A stretch of DNA of 62,940 nucleotides, counting the filler, from Octopus bimaculoides (lineage: Eukaryota), in NCBI RefSeq assembly GCF_001194135.2. It is 5 parts of 4 records of this genome, joined end to end, with 100 filler letters (N's around TTAATTAATTAA, not from the genome) between each part and the next. Parts side by side here need not be neighbours in the genome. Positions count along the whole stretch, not along the records: positions 57,516 to 62,940 come from NC_068981.1; 4 more parts are not named here. One strand, given 5' to 3'. The position numbers and the translations under genes were made by a program. Numbering within the stretch: position 1 is the first letter of the stretch; every line of letters starts with the position of its first letter. Positions 62,720 to 62,940 of the stretch are shown here, piece after piece. Below the pieces are notes generated by a model. That model was not told the DNA's origin. It did no database searches and saw nothing but the letters and a program-made list of their open reading frames with translations.

Positions 62720-62940
62720 TGGTGGTGGTAGTGGTGGTGGTGACGGAGGTGGTTGTGGTGGTGATGGCGATGCTTATGGTGGTGGAGGTGGGGATAATAG
62801 TGGTGGTAGTGGAGGTAGTAATGGTGGTGGTAATAGTTGTGGTGACGCTGGTAATGAAGATGGTGGTGGTGGTGACAGCGGTGATTATAGTGATAGTGGT
62901 GGTGATGGTGGTGGTGGTGATAGTGATGGTGGTAGTGGTG
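62720..62940. repeat. (GGT)n low-complexity tract
   Basis: Directly visible. Confidence 0.92.

Overview
This is animal (eukaryotic) genomic DNA from a gappy draft assembly. The dense (TA)n/(TG)n/(GA)n/(GATA)n microsatellites and the SINE families suggest a coleoid cephalopod, probably Octopus; that assignment is an inference. About 10 kb is N gaps, and most ORFs in the supplied track are microsatellite or gap artefacts. Only one host gene is securely supported: the last four coding exons of an SLC35B1 orthologue on the + strand (32077-32265, 35923-36049, 39789-39895, 41645-41845), with GT-AG sites, compatible phases and an intact frame. I could not find its 5' exons in the called sequence. 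The rest is decayed mobile DNA: Penelope-like, Dong/R4, HERO-like, Tx1/L1 and RTE retroelements; Tc1, mariner, hAT and piggyBac-type DNA elements; and at least five SINE-like families (labelled A, B, C, E, F here, my own labels). I found no CRISPR array, prophage or other prokaryotic-type system, and nothing I can call a proven new system. The best leads are: (1) five unrelated long fold-back hairpins, including a 103-bp stem that is fully paired on the SLC35B1 strand; (2) a type I hammerhead-like motif beside a Penelope RT; (3) young inverted repeat copies bracketing SLC35B1 exons; and (4) a CpG-depleted domain at about 31-50 kb that runs well past SLC35B1 and contains a candidate terminal exon of an unannotated convergent gene. 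Repeat boundaries are approximate. Exon and hairpin coordinates were counted by hand.
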